DNA of 64,000 bases from the human T2T-CHM13v2.0 reference genome, Homo sapiens. Under the pieces are notes generated by a model. It was not told where the DNA came from. It did not search any database and saw nothing but the letters and a program-made list of their open reading frames with translations. The stretch lies in NCBI RefSeq assembly GCF_009914755.1, contig NC_060939.1. One strand, written 5' to 3'. How positions within the stretch are numbered: the first letter of the stretch is position 1; each line of letters starts with the position of its first letter. The position numbers and the translations under genes are program-made. Positions 41,520-57,842 of the stretch are shown here, piece after piece.

Positions 41520-43301
41520 TTAGGCCATTGATTTCTAAAAAGACAAATTCTCATATTGGATTAAAACATAAGACCCAACAATACGTATGTTGCTTAAAAA
41601 TAGGAATCTGTTACCCAAAAAATGCAGAAATGCTAAAATAAAAAGGTTTAATGAGGAAACTCATACGACAAAAAGAAAATAGTTGGTAAAGTTGATAGCA
41701 TATAAAAGAGATTTTGAAGCCAAAAACACAGGGAGAGGATACAAAGAAGCTCCTGATTATGATAAAAAATAGAAAATCAACTGTGAAGACAGAGGTTACT
41801 AAAGTTAGAAATGCAAAGAGAAATAGAATAAAAAACAAGCAATTGTAAAGGGAGAGTTTAATTCATTTCAAGGCTAAGAAAAAAATAGACAAGAGTAAAA
41901 AATAAAGACAAATTTAAATAGACAAAAATTTAGAAGACATTGAAGACGTGACAAAAATAGACAATAGAGGTTATGTTATACAATTGATAAGTTAGAACCA
42001 ATAGACATACACTGAACTCAATACCAACATAGATTACACATTTTTTTCCATATGGGGGCATTGGTACATATATACTAACTCTCAAATAAGGCCCTAAAAA
42101 TTGAATCAAGAGGAAAAAATATACATATTTTCTCACCACATGCAATAAAGCTAAATGTGAATAAGTAAAAGCAATGAAAGGAGCCTTGGGCAAAAGAATA
42201 ATCTAACCAAGAGCCTTTGCAGCAAACAGTTCGGGGTTTAGATTATAAACTACATTCCTTACTGCAGTGTGACCTGGGCAGTTTACTGAACCTCTCTGAA
42301 CCTTGGATTCCTCATCTAAAAATGAGGCTCTACCTTGCAAAGTTGTTATGAAGATTACCTATAAGTATGTCAAATAAACTAAGACTTAAAAGAGAGTTAA
42401 AACCGTAAGCCGTACAATATAACTCCATTTTTAATGTACTCATATTTAACTAGAAAAAGTATCTAGAGTTTTTGTCGATTGAAAGCAAAAGTCTATAAAA
42501 TATTCATCTAAATACTAACAGTGGTTATCTCTGTGCACTGATATTTCTGCCAATTTTTGTTATATTGCTTTATCTTTTCTACTATGAATATATAGTATGT
42601 GAATAATAAAAAATAGTAAATTTGAAAATAAACATGAACTTCTGAAAAACAGAGTACAAGAAGAAAATAAATATTTACTCTTGGGTGGCCTACAGATGGT
42701 GGTTGCGGTAGGCATACAGCCATCTCAGTTTCTTGTCTGTCATTGTAAATTCTAAAATACCCTCAATTTCTGTCTTTCTACATATATACATGTATACACA
42801 CACACATATATAAAACACACATATATTTTATATTTATATATGTTTTATATATATGTTTTTAATATATGTTTTATATATATTAAAAAACACAATATTGGGA
42901 TAACTGACAATTTGAATGTGGATGGTGGGATTAATCATATGGTATCATGAAATTTCCTGATTTTACTGTTAAATTTCTTGAATTTTATAAAAGAAAATAT
43001 TTGTGTCCAGAAATATATATTGAAGTATTTAGATATATATGTATGTATGCAGCTTACTCTCAAATTGTTCAGAAAAACATTCACATATCCATAAAGACAG
43101 AGTGAATGATAACTAGGGAAAAATACAAACCAACAGTGCACCTAGGTAAAGGGTGTATAGGAGTTCATACTAGTCTTTTAACATTTCTGTAAGTTTAAAA
43201 TTATATTAAAATATTAATAAAAAATTACAGCAGCAACAAATTAATGGGTATCAATGTCTAACAACCACAAAAACTTTCCTAAACTACAAGTTCAAGTAGA
43301 A

Positions 43302-43818
43302 CAGGGGTCTCCAACCCCCAGTACCAGTGTGTGGCCTGTTAGGAACCTGGCCACACAGCAGGAGGTGAGCAGCAGAGCTTTATCTGTATTTACAGTCGCT
43401 ACGCATCAGTCACATTCACACCTAAACTCCGCCTCCTGTCAGATCAGCAGTGGCATTAGATTCTCATAGGACCACAAACCCTATTGTGAACTGTGCCTGT
43501 GAGGAATCTAGATTGCATGGTCCTTATGAGAATCTAATGCCTGATGATCTGTCACTGTCTCCCATCACCCCCAAACAGGACCATCTAGTTTCAGGCAAAC
43601 AATCTCAGGCCTCCCACTTATTCTACATTACGGTGAGTAGATTATAGTTATATCATTATTTCATTATATATTAACAATGTAATAATAATGGAAATAAAGT
43701 ACACAATAAATGCAATATGCTCAAATCATTCTGAAACCATCAGGCATCCACCCCCATTCATGGAAAAACTGTCTCCCACAAAACTGGTCCCTGGTGCCAA
43801 AAATGTTAGGGACCAGTG
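43302..43818 (+). mobile_element. MER1A hAT-Charlie DNA transposon
   Basis: caggggtctccaacccc...gggaccagtg; 8-bp TSD AAGTAGAA/AAGTAGAT. Confidence 0.9.
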
Positions 43819-44993
43819 AAGTAGATAATTAAGAACATGATAACAACTTTTGAGATGTTTATAAAATTGAAAACACCCCATATCAAAAGGGAGGGGGCTT
43901 TGTATAAATCAGAGCCCAGAAGTTAAGGCGTAAATCTATGTGCTTTTATTTTAGAAATATGAAATAAACATTTGACTTAAAATCTTATGAAGACAGTCAA
44001 TATAAAGGAAAATAGATAATAATAAAGAGTAAGGACAGAAATAAACTAGAAAAGAGGAAATCAGTGGAAATAATACATAAATTTAGATGCTCATTCTGTG
44101 AGAAGATTATAAGATAGATCAATCCCTTGGAAATACAATAAATAAAAGAAAAGGTATAAATCAACAAAATTAAAAACAAGGCTAGTGATTTAACAACCGA
44201 TACAAAAGATTTTAAAATATAAATGATTGCAATGCAAAATTTATGATAATCAACTTGAAATGCTTAGCCAAATGGACAACACAAAATATTAACTGGCAAG
44301 AGAAAATGTAGATAACATGAAAATAATGATGAAGGCAAAGGAAACTGAAAAGCTGTTATTTAAAAAAATCTCATCTACCACAAGAAATATTATGACCTCA
44401 ACAAATTTACTGAACAATATTACTACATACTCAAGAAACAGATTTTTCTGTATTATGTAATCAGTTCCAAATCACAGAAAAACAAGATCTGATACCCAAT
44501 TCATTCTAAGAGATGAGTATTATCCCCATCCACAAACCTGTGAGAAATACCACACAGGCGCACACACACATAAACACACGGTCTTAGGATGGCAAATGTG
44601 CACAAGTGCCAATTCCTATAAAACTGGCTCGAAATGATTAGAACCAGGCTCAAAGATATTAGCAGATTTTCCCAAAACAGCTGCTGAAAAAGTGAATATA
44701 TGAATACACAGATGAAGAAAATAATGCAGGCAATTAGCAACATCTACTAAAGACCTAAAAGGCAGGAATGGCTTGTGCATACTGTCTATTTGCTAAATTT
44801 TATTGATCAATAAATTTTATCTATCCATGGGTTACTCAAGGAGCATAGGCAGAAAAATCATTTTTAACTGAGCTTATAAAATACAGCTATAAATTAAAAC
44901 AATAGCATGTAGCCACTAATTAAGGTAAATTCTACTGATGCCAGAAGATTATAACAAATCACAGAATATCTTTTGTAAAGGAATTACTATTTG

Positions 44994-45416
<423 letters not shown>

Positions 45417-46052
45417 TTACAGGCGATATGAAAGATAAAATGCAAACTGGGAGGATATCTGCAATGAACTAATAGAAATAAGGACAAAAGATATGAATAA
45501 GCTATTCTCAGCAACAGAAATTTGAATGAACAATCACACACGTAAGAAAATGTTCAACCTCACCAGTAATCAGAAAATTTAAAATTAAAACAATGAGATA
45601 CCATTTTACATCCATCAAACTGGTGAAAATTAAATAATCTGACACTCCTCAAGTGTTGGTGATGAGGTGGAAAAACTGAAGGAACACTCACATTTTGCCA
45701 ACGATACTTTCACGGAAGTAATTTATTTGAAGAATAAATTGTCAACATCTTACTAACTCTGATGGGACATATATCTTACAATCCAGCAATTTCACTTCTA
45801 GGAATAAACTCTAGAAGCTTTCACTTGTGGATGATGCAATGTCTACTGCAATATTGTAATAGGAAAATGAAAAAACTAAATAACACAAGTATCCATCAAC
45901 CCAATGAACAAATTCTGATACTTTCTTAAAATGGGACCATTTGTAGGTGTTTTATCAACAGAGATAAATCTCGAAAATACACTGCTGAGTGACAAAACAA
46001 GTTGCAGATAGATGTGTAGAGTATAAAAGTTTGAAAACATACAAAATAATGG

Positions 46053-46375
46053 TACAATCATCCCTCTATATCCATGGGATTCCACATCCATAGATTCAAT
46101 CAACCGAGGATGCAAAATATTTGGGGGGAAAATTATACAAAATTCCAAAAGGCAAAACTTGAATTTGCCACATCCTGAGTACCATGTTAAAACCAGGCAA
46201 ATGAAGGGATGTATAGGCATTGTATTAAGTATTATAAGTAATCTAGAGGTGATTTACAGCATATGACAGAATGTGCATAGGTTATATGCAAACACTACAC
46301 CATTTTGTATCAGGGACTTGAGCATCAGTGGGTGGTCCTGGAACCAATCCCACACAGATACTGAGGAACTACTGT
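46053..46375. mobile_element. MER2-type TcMar-Tigger element
   Basis: tccatgggattccacatccatagattcaatcaacc...cagatactgaggaactactgta. Confidence 0.8.
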
Positions 46376-47049
46376 ATATTTTTCGTAGCTACATACATAT
46401 GCTGCAAACATATACACACAGAGATGAGAATGAAAGACACCAAACTCAGGGTGGCGTTGCCTCTGAGACAGGAAAAATAAGATCAGGCTTGAGAAGAGAT
46501 ACACAGTTATACAGGTACAGCACTCTATTTTTTAGCAAAAATAGGAAGCAAGTACAGCAAAATATTAGGATTTGATGGAGCTGGGAAGTAGGTGGTATTC
46601 AAAACTATGCATTATACGCATGCGTGTGTTTGAAATCATTATAATTTCTTAAGTGAGCACCTCAGTTTTTACATATAAAAACATATAAAGTATGTAAAAT
46701 ATATAAATATCATGAACAGATAATTCATAAAGAAAGAAAAAAGGCAATAAAAATGGAAGTGGTGGTAAATTCAACTTCAACCCATTGGTTTTAAAGAAAA
46801 ATTTAAAAATGCACATACCATTTTGGCTTATCAATTTAGCATAAAATTACAAAAATGTTAATAGCTAATGTTAACAAGGGTGGAGGATAGGACAGAGGAG
46901 GAGTACACTCACTGCTAATGAGTACTTAAAATGACAGAAATTTACTTAACGTAGCAGTGTATATGTAAAGGCAAAATATATAGGTAGATATAGATACCTA
47001 GATATAAAACCTTTGCCTTAGCAATTCTACTTTAAGAAATTTATACAAA

Positions 47050-47455
47050 GGAAAACGTGGTACATATATGATCTGTAGTATTATTTTTAAGGAATACTAC
47101 GCAGCCATAAAAAAGAACAAAATCACATCCTTTGCAGCAACATGGCTACAGCTGAAGGTCATTATCCTAAGCAAATTAACACAAAAGCAGATAAACACTG
47201 CACGTTCTCACTTATAAGTGGGAGCTAAACATTGAGTACAAGTGGACATAAAGATGGAAATAATAGACAGTGGCATTCTAAAAGGGGTGAGAAGGAGAGG
47301 GGGACAAAGGTTAAAAAAACCTATCGGGTACAATATTCACTACTTGGGCAATGGAACCATTAGAAGCTCAAACCTCGGCATCACACAATATACCCATGTG
47401 ACAAACCTGCACATGTTCCCTCAGAATCTAAAATTTTTTTAAGCTACTAAAAAAA
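47050..47455 (+). mobile_element. L1PB/L1MA 3' end
   Basis: gcagccataaaaaagaac...gttctcacttataagtgggagctaaac...acaaacctgcacatg. Confidence 0.85.
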
Positions 47456-48458
47456 TAATTTATACAAAGAAAATCATACATGTGGACCAAGATTTATGCA
47501 TATGTTTATAATAGCATTGTTCATAATAGTGATATCTTAAATACAGTTAATGAAAAAACAATAGGGAATTAAGCCAATTATGGTACATCTATAGAGTGTA
47601 ACTGTACTCTGTAGCTATTTCAAATAATGTTTTAAAAGAATATTTAATGCCCCTGAAATATGCCATTAATGTGTTGTTAATACACAGGTATTTAAACACT
47701 TTGTACAGTGTGTTTACAGTTATTTTTTTTAAATAATTGTATACATAGAAAAAATGACTTGGGGATATCCACATCAAAATGTCAACAGTGCTTATCTCTA
47801 AATGTGAAATCACAGACCTATGTATGTTTTTCTTTTTGTTCTTCTTTATTTTCCTATTTTACAATAATAAACATTTATTGATTTTATAATAGAAAAGTTA
47901 TTAAAAATAAAACGTGCAACAAAATAAGCTTTGGTTGATTAAAGATTTAAATATAAAATCAAATTATGATAGAACTTGCAGACAACTGGAAAGAGAGTTT
48001 ATCAGCTCTCTGGGGTAATTTTAACTTTCTCAGCTTTGAAGCAATTGAAATGATTGCACTATAAAAATTAGCATTACTGAAGATTTTTTAAGAGGGAAAA
48101 TATTTCTATCAAACATTACAAAGAATTAAGATCCATCATAAATAACTAATTCAAATTTGTAAAATAAATGTCAAGATTCCAAAAGATAAATGGGTCAAAG
48201 ACTGGACAATTCCCATAAGGGACATACAATTAGTAGATAAACATAGTGGGGAAATGTTAATTCTTGCCAGAAATCAAAGACATGTAAATGGAAGCAGTCT
48301 GGAGATGCCAGTTTACATATTCTAATGGAACAACAAGAAAAAATGTCAAATGCTAATATCCATTGATGGTGGAGCTACCCAGAAATTTATCCATAACTTC
48401 ATTTATAACCATATTGTTCATGTCCTTTTACCAGAAATGTTACCACTAAGAATTGATT

Positions 48459-48773
48459 CTTTTTTTTCTTTTCTTTTTTTTTTTTGAGACAGAGTTTCAC
48501 GTTCTTGTTGCCCAAGCTGGAGTGCAATGGCGTGATCTCTGCCTCACCACAACCTCCACCTCCTGGGTTCAAGTGATTCTCCTGCCTCAGCCTCCCAAGT
48601 AGCTGGGGTTACAGGCATGCGATACCACACCTAGCTAATTTTTTTGTATTTTTAGTAGAGACAGGGTTTCCCCATGTTGGTCAGGCTAGTGTTGAACTCC
48701 CAACCTCAGGTGATCCGCCCGCCTCGGCCTCCCAAAGTGCTGGGATTACAGGCATGAGCCACCTCACCCAGCC
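48459..48773 (-). mobile_element. AluS (Sp/Sq-like)
   Basis: Reverse Alu; TSD AAGAAT(T/C)GATTCTT. Confidence 0.95.
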
Positions 48774-49299
48774 AAGAATCGATTCTTAAGAAGTAATTTG
48801 GCTAAAGGAGAAAGGTCCCTCTTCATCTCCTTTACTTCTAAATGTTGGAACACCCAGGGCTCAGTCCCTTGACACCTTCTCTTTTCCACCCAGAGGCAGT
48901 GTCTGGGTGATCTCACCTATTTATGCAGGTGAGAGGAGCCACAGGCTCTCTCAGCATGGGCTCCAGGGAGAGAACAGGCCAGAGCAGAGGTTTTCCTGGG
49001 AGTGGGGTAGGGGTAGCTTGAGGGCCATTCAAGGACTCTGACCTCAGTCAGAGAGGGCAATGAAGGAAAGAGAGACCAGCAAAGACATCCAGAGAGAAGC
49101 CCAAGGTGAACTTGGTCATCATATTAACCCCTATGCAATAACAAAACATCCAGGCTTGATCTACCAGAGCTTATCAGTGAGGTCCCCAGGAATTGCCTAA
49201 TTGCAGTAGCCCTCAGCTCACTTGCAGGCCACCAGATCTCAGCTGGCCCTGACCACCATCTCCAAAGCCTGAAGGAATTATTGTGAGACAGCCCACTGA

Positions 49300-49876
<577 letters not shown>

Positions 49877-51054
49877 TGACCTTGTGAGGCAGGCATCCCA
49901 GGTTTCATTATCCCCGTTGTGTAAAGATTACGACTTACCTAAAGCACTGCTGGACTCAAACCCAGATCTTCTGCCCTCGATTCCATGTCCATCTCTGTGA
50001 CCCCAGGTTTGGCCAAGTGTGGATCTTGCTGCATATGAACAGCCTGCCATTTCCTTCCTTGTGTACACACTGCCTGTGGAAAATGGACAAGGGAAGTTAC
50101 ATTTCTATCAAGAGCTGAAACAAGCAATTTTGCTTTAGAGATGATATGTAACAGAAAGAAATAGTCCTGGAAGCAGGGAGCCCTGTATGCATCTGCCTGT
50201 GTTCTGCTCCTGGCTGACCCCTGAGATCGAATCATGCTGTTTGCTAATGTGTGGAAAGTATGTTTTGCTCTCTAGGAGTCCTCCCCAGAGCCTGACAGAT
50301 TCGGTGATAGGAATAGAACTGTGGAGTGAAGATGGCTCTCTCCAGGTGTCACTCCAGTTGCCATACATGTAAAGAAAGCCTAGACACTGTGATAGCTTTG
50401 TCCTCCTATCCCTGAACTTTGCCCAGAGGCGAAGCTTCTTCCCCAATCCTTGCTCAAATGCCTTCTTTTTCCTCGAAGAATCCAGGCTGTTGAGCAAAGA
50501 GGGAGATCCTGGGAGCTTCACCCAAATCATCTGGAAGTTTCTTGGGGTGCCAGATTTGAAATAGGAGCTGATAGGGTCAATCCATCAGGCACCCTGACCC
50601 TAGACATACAGGAATTCCCCTCTGAGGTTGAAGAATTCCCCCTCCATCAGACCCAAAAGTGAAAAACAAACTTTGCAAAGGCACGTTTATACCAACTCTT
50701 CTGGACGGGGCTGAGTAGAGTTTTCTCTGGTACTGGGCACATGCTGCTCACAGACTCTCTGGCCCGTGGACATGGCCCCTGGGGTCTGAGAATGCAGATG
50801 GGGGAGAGGCTCACCGAGGAGCTCTGGATGACCTGGCTCCAGTGTGTCACCTCCTGGCCTTGGCCTCCTAACCCCAGCTGGGCTGAGAAGACCCCAAAGA
50901 GGGTCTTTCCCACTCTCCCAACCTGTTTTCTCTGGTGATTAATATATAACCTGAGAAAATGAATCACTTGTTTAAATTCAGAGTTAGCTGGGCTAAGACA
51001 GGTGACAAGAATTACTCAAAAACAAGAAAGCAATATTGGGGGTAAAGATGCTTT

Positions 51055-51351
51055 CTATTTTTCTTTTCTTTAGTTATTTTTTTGTTTTTTGTTTGTTTGT
51101 TTAAGATAGAGACAGGATCTTGTTCTATTGCCCAAGCTGGAGTGCAGTGGCATGATCACAGCTTACCGCAGTCTTGACCTTCTGGGCTCAAGCCATCCTC
51201 CCACCTCAGCCTCCCAAGTAACTGGGACTACAGCTGTGCACTGCCACACTGGCTAATTTTTTAAAAAATTTTTTATAGAAACAGGGTCTCACTATGCTGC
51301 CCAGGCAGGTCTCAAACTCCTGGGCTCAGCCATGAGCCACCACACCCAGCT
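51055..51351 (-). mobile_element. AluJ with internal deletion
   Basis: gggctcaagccatcctcccacctcagcc diagnostics. Confidence 0.9.
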
Positions 51352-51559
51352 TGCTTTCTTTTTTAAATAGAAAGGAACACATAACAACTTGATTTTAAAA
51401 TCAAGAACAGGAAGCATAGACTCTATACTTTCTTTAAAACATTGTAAATAAGTCTCCTATTCTTTACTACTTCAGTTAAATGGGCAGGAAACAAGAAAGG
51501 GAAGGATCAGGTGAGGGATGGGAGAAATAAAAACCATGCCGAAAAACTGCAGTAATACA

Positions 51560-51790
51560 TAAAAACACTAATGGCTGATACGTATTTATTGGGCACTATG
51601 GTATGCACAGTTCATGGTTTTTCTCATTTTATCTCCCCCCAAGCCCTGTGAGGCAAATAATTTTACTACTCCTATTTTAAAATGAGGAAACTGAGGTGCC
51701 AGCTATTAAATAATCTGCCTGCTTAATGGGACTAAAAACCGAGAAACCAAGCTTCGAAATCCGGTTCTCAGCGATCAGAGTCTTCACTCA
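51560..51790 (-). mobile_element. MIR
   Basis: cctattttaaaatgaggaaactgagg. Confidence 0.75.
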
Positions 51791-52149
51791 GGAGGCAAAA
51801 ATGCAGCAAGAGACAGCTTTTTCCTCCAGAAAGAACCTTATCCTGTTATCATCAGAATTCTGTAGCTAAATACTTCCTTTACCATTTTGTAACAATACTA
51901 AATATAGGGAACATTTTGTATTTCCATGGAAAAGGATGTATTGTCTACATACGGCACAGCCTCCCTGGGTTATTTGATTCTAGCTTTCATTGCCCTTGAA
52001 GCATTTTGCAACTCTGTAAATTGCAGATAACTAATAGCAATGCAAAATGCAAATTCTGTCCTATACTGTAGAAGTTACACTGACTTCACTGCCACACTGC
52101 AGAAAAAGCTACTTCTGTATCCATTTGCCATTTGTACCTTCATTGCAAC

Positions 52150-52453
52150 TTTTTTTTTCTTTTTTTTTTTTTTGAGACGGAGTCTCGCTCTGTCGCCCAG
52201 GCTGGGGTGCAGTGGCGCGATCTAGGCTCACTGCAAGCTCCGCCTCCCGGGTTCCCGCCATTCCCTGCTTCAGCCTCCCAAGTAGCTGGGACTACAGGCG
52301 CCCACCACCACGCCCGGCTAATTTTTTGTATTTTTAGTAGAGATGGGGTTTCGCCGTGTTAGCCAGGATGGTCTCGATCTCCTGACCTCGTGATCCGCCC
52401 GCCTCGGCCTCCCAGAGTGCTGGTATTACAGGCATGAGCCACCACACCTGGCC
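52150..52453 (-). mobile_element. AluY
   Basis: ctgcaagctccgcctcccgggttcccgccatt, gttagccaggatggtctcgatc. Confidence 0.9.
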
Positions 52454-53035
52454 AACATTTCTTTACTCATATAAACTTGTGTGGTTTTTTGGCTTCTCCT
52501 TTGAACTGGTTATAACACCCTTACCACTTGCCTCATTAATTAGTTAAGTAAAATATTTACCATGTACTCGTTTTTATATTTGAGAGTCATGATTTTACCT
52601 TCGTTTTTTAAAAAATTATCTCTTAATGGAATTATGAAAGCATGTCAAAAGTATCTTGCTTGTTACTTTCTGAAGGACCCCAGGCATGATCTAACTCAAA
52701 TGAATGACTTCAGGCGTAATTGGATAACTGATGATGTTCTCAGTTGGGTCCTGAGAAGCACAGCCTTGTCCTGACAACTTCCTTTCAAACACTCTGCTCT
52801 ATCCGGGACAAAGCATCATGGCCAAAGGCCCCGGTCCCCTCTTCCTGGCTGGTCTTCTTTACTGTTGATTGAGGAAAAGTAATTGGCATATAAATTATAT
52901 GATTATGTCCCATTATAATGTTTCCATTATTTCTAACTTCTGCTATGTCTCGTAGTTTATCTCAGAGCTATCGCCATTAAATAGCTGAGAAAAGGCTTGA
53001 GAACATTTGTTTTAAAAATAATAATAAACATGTGA

Positions 53036-53550
53036 TGTGATGGTTAATATTGAATGTCAAATTGATTGGATCGAAGGATGCAAAATACTTTTCCTGGGTG
53101 TGTCTGTGAGGGTATTGCCAAAGGAAATATTAGTAAAATTTGAGTCAATGGACTGGGAGAGGCAGACCCACCCTCAATCTGGGTGGGCACCATCTAATCA
53201 GCTGCCAGTTTGGCTAGAATAAAGCAGGAAGAAGATGGGAAGGACTTGACTTGCTGAGTCTTCCAGACTTCACCATTCTCCCATGCTGGATGCTTCCTGC
53301 CCTCAAACATCAAACTCCAAGTTCTTCAGCTTTTGGACTCTTGGACTTACACCAGTCGCTTGCCAGGAGCTCTTGGCCTTTGTCCACAGATTGAAGGCTG
53401 CAATGTCGGCTTCCCTACTTTTGAGGTTTGGGAACTCGAGCTGACCCACCACTGGCTTCCTTGCTCCTCAACTTGCAGACGACCAATCATGGGACTTTAC
53501 CTTGTGATCGTGTGAGTCAATACTCCTTAATAAATTCCCTTTCATATATA
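53036..53550 (+). mobile_element. MLT2A (HERV-L LTR), 3' truncated
   Basis: tgtgatggttaatattgaatgtcaaattgattggatcgaaggatgc...gtgatcgtgtgagtcaatactccttaataaa. Confidence 0.9.
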
Positions 53551-53679
53551 AATGAAATGCACGATATATGTCTTTATACGCAGAGCAAGAGCATGACACA
53601 ATTCCATCTTTTTAAGCAACTGATTCACAAAGATCTCACAGCCAATCCCTACTATACTTGGCAAAACTACTTTTTGTTG

Positions 53680-53870
53680 TATGGACTCTGAAGTCAAACA
53701 TCATTCAAGTCTCATTCCACCACTTACTACAGTATGTATTTGGGCAATTCAGTAACCTCCCTGAGCCTCAGTTTCCCCTGGGGGAAATCATGCTACATCA
53801 TAGGATTCTTCCTAAAGTGTGAATGAGATCACATGGAGATTCTGGCACTGTGCAGGCACTTTGGACGCTG
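53680..53870 (+). mobile_element. MIR
   Basis: ccacttact...tgggcaattcagtaacctccctgagcctcagtttccc. Confidence 0.75.
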
Positions 53871-54854
53871 GCTCCTGAATTGTTAACTCCTGACTTTTAG
53901 GCCTGCCTAGGAAAAATGATGAACCATGTCAGCAAGATACCCTGTCTTCAGAAAAATGATGACTCATTGGCAGCTCTTCAGAACTTGAAACACATCATTG
54001 GGAATGAAGAGAATAAAGGGGAATTAATTCCAGGTTTCCGGCAGCCATGGATCCTGTGTGCTGAACTCAGCAAGCCTTTGTGAGATGACGACGTGGCATC
54101 CTGCTGCAGGGAGGCTTGGGCCGTTGCAATCTGACCAGTGCCCAGCCGTCCCTGATACCCAGGGTGAGGACTGTGCCCCTGAACACCCCATGGTTGGCAG
54201 CACTAGGACCAAGAGACACAGCCAGTGTGCTGGTGCCCCCCTCCCCAAACTGTCCTTGCTTGTTGCAAGCAGCTAGTTCAGTTCATGGCTTGCGGGGAGT
54301 CTCCCTCAGGAGCCAGCATGGTCACCAGTCACAAAGCCTGGCCAGCACCCCAGCAGCTGGAGGAAGCAGGCACAGAGTAGACACGTCACGAATTCTAGTC
54401 TACACTCCCCCTCTTCCCCACAAAGGGGAAAACCCTGGGCAAACTTTACGGAGCCAACAATACTCACTATCTACCTGGTGTTCAAAGCCAACTTGAATCT
54501 TTATTTCCTTTTGCTTCAAAGCATAATACAAAGAGTGAAAATAGGTTTTCCATCCTACTGGAATTTCTAAGATCATAAAATGCATTGCTGGTTCCACAGT
54601 ATCTAGTCATAAAAAAGACTGCTCTGGTTCTAGGGTGTTGTTGTTGTGATGATGATTTTCCCAATTGTTCTACAATCTGGCAGCTGAAATCCTGATAAGG
54701 AGAGTCCGTGGGCCAACACAGACCAGGAAACATAAAAATAAGAAGAAAGGGGATCTCAACTCTTTGCTCCCTGGCTGCATAACTTGAGACTTTGGGAATC
54801 AGAATATTAGATCTTCCAGGGACCTAGCGTCCTTATATCCAATCTATATCAATT

Positions 54855-55100
54855 AGATATGTGACCTTGCGTAAGGAATATCCGAACCTCAGTTTTCTCA
54901 TCTGTAAAATGGGGAAAATAATTCCTACCTTATTTGTTAAGAAAATCAAAAGAGGCTTGACTATGCAGAGAGTTGTTATAAGCATTTTCATGTGATAATA
55001 ATTTAACCTTCATAACCCCATTTGACGGGGGAATAAACAGGCAGAGATAGGTTACAGAATTTGCCCAAGGTCACACGACAAGTTGGAGGCAGAGCTGATG
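54855..55100. mobile_element. Two MIR fragments in opposite orientations
   Basis: ctcagttttctcatctgtaaaatgggg; ttgcccaaggtcacac. Confidence 0.7.
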
Positions 55101-56095
55101 CAAAGACACCCCTGGTCACCAGGAGTGATAATCTTGGATGAATAAATACCTATTTGAAATGCTTGAAACACCTAATTCTTCCAAATAGTCTAAAATGCCC
55201 TCTGCAATCTTGTTTTCACCCTTCCTTTGTTTATCAGGTCTTTTTTTTTTTCTAACACAGATAAGGAAAAGGTTAAACTCCAGTCCAACCACTTTCCAAA
55301 TGAGGACGTTCCAGGCTAACTCAAATTAACGAGGTTTACCTACTTGTTTTGCCATATTCCCTCATGGCGCAAGAATGTCCACACAGATCAGTGAGTGACC
55401 CAATAAAAACTTGGTCATTCTCCTCATGGCACCCTGGCCCCAAGCAGGAGTATAAGAGGATAGAGTCATTTTCCTATAACATGATCCAAGGAAATTCATT
55501 TCATCTTGGAAGTGGACTAGGCTGATGTGCAGAGAAACCTGATTCAGTCCCAGGGAAAGCCAGATACATAGGGATTAAGGATTTGTGGTTGTTAAGAGAA
55601 CAGAACTTGGCCTCAGATCCCCTGACTTCTCCTCTCTCTGTCTTTTACTGGTGAGATACAGTTTGGTACCAGTTCCCAACCTCTTAAATCTCAACTGCAA
55701 AATTAGGAAATAACAGTGTCAAATTTTATTGTTTAAAGTATTATTTTATTATAACACCAACAAAAGCTTGCCTTTCTCAGGTAAGATATCCCAGTTCCTG
55801 AAGATGAAAAGAAGAAAACCTGATTCTGGGTATAAAATTCTGTTTCTGTCATCAGTGAACTTCAACTTGGTCCCCTGGCCTCTTCCTCTTGGGATTTGCT
55901 TGCTTTATCCTTGTAAAATATCTGTTTCTTCTCTCCTAATTAACTTTCTTATCACCATGACACTAAAGAAAAAGGTCATTCTCAGGTCATCAAATGCCAG
56001 TCTCTTGAAATCTTTATTTATTCAAGAAGCTCTGTAAATTAAGACAGAGCAAGAACTGGGCAATGTTTAAAAACCTAATTATAAAACCATTATTA

Positions 56096-56661
<566 letters not shown>

Positions 56662-57488
56662 CTATGAATGGATCTATTGACTGCTCAGATGCATGGCTGG
56701 AGTCAAGCACATGACAGTCAGGTCTGGCAGCCCTGGGAGCCATTCTGTCTCTCTAAGGCAGAGGCTTTACCCATTTTTTGACAACACATCTTATCCCCAA
56801 TATCTATTTATTTGTTTATAAATAATATAGCACTAGTATATTCCGTAGTACCACCTGCAAATTATATAGTACTTATATGCTATAAACATTATACGTGCAC
56901 AAACATGAACTGTCTAAGGAAATACAAAGAAAAATCTGAAAGGTCTATATTATTTTCTTCTTTTGCCCCAGAAGATCTCTCAAGCACCATTCTGAGGCAA
57001 TGGTTCTCAAACTTTGTGTAACCAAGAATTACTTGGAGATCTTGCTTAAAATGAAGGTTCACTGGGCCTTGACCCTAGTGTTGATTCCATTACTCAGTAT
57101 TCCTGGGATGGGCCCATAAGTTGTCATTGTCTGAGCTCCCCAGCTGACTCTTATTCTCATGCTCAATTGGATTTTGCAGCCACTGATCCAGACCCTTGTG
57201 TTTTCCTGCCCCTTACATTTTTTGCTACAATTATATCACTGTGGTCTTATTGTTATCTACCTCCTGGACACCTTCGTGATCCCCTCAGTGAATTTAAACA
57301 TTAAAAAAAATTAGCTACCATTAATTATTTCCTGTGGCCTAGGATTGCTGAGGGCTTCACATGCATTGCCTCACTTAATCAGACTAGGGAGGTATTATTA
57401 GTCCCATTATACAGGTGAAGAAAACTAAAGCTCAGTCACAATGTCTTATCCAAGTTCACTCAGCTAGTAAGCACAAGTGACAGACTAG

Positions 57489-57842
<354 letters not shown>

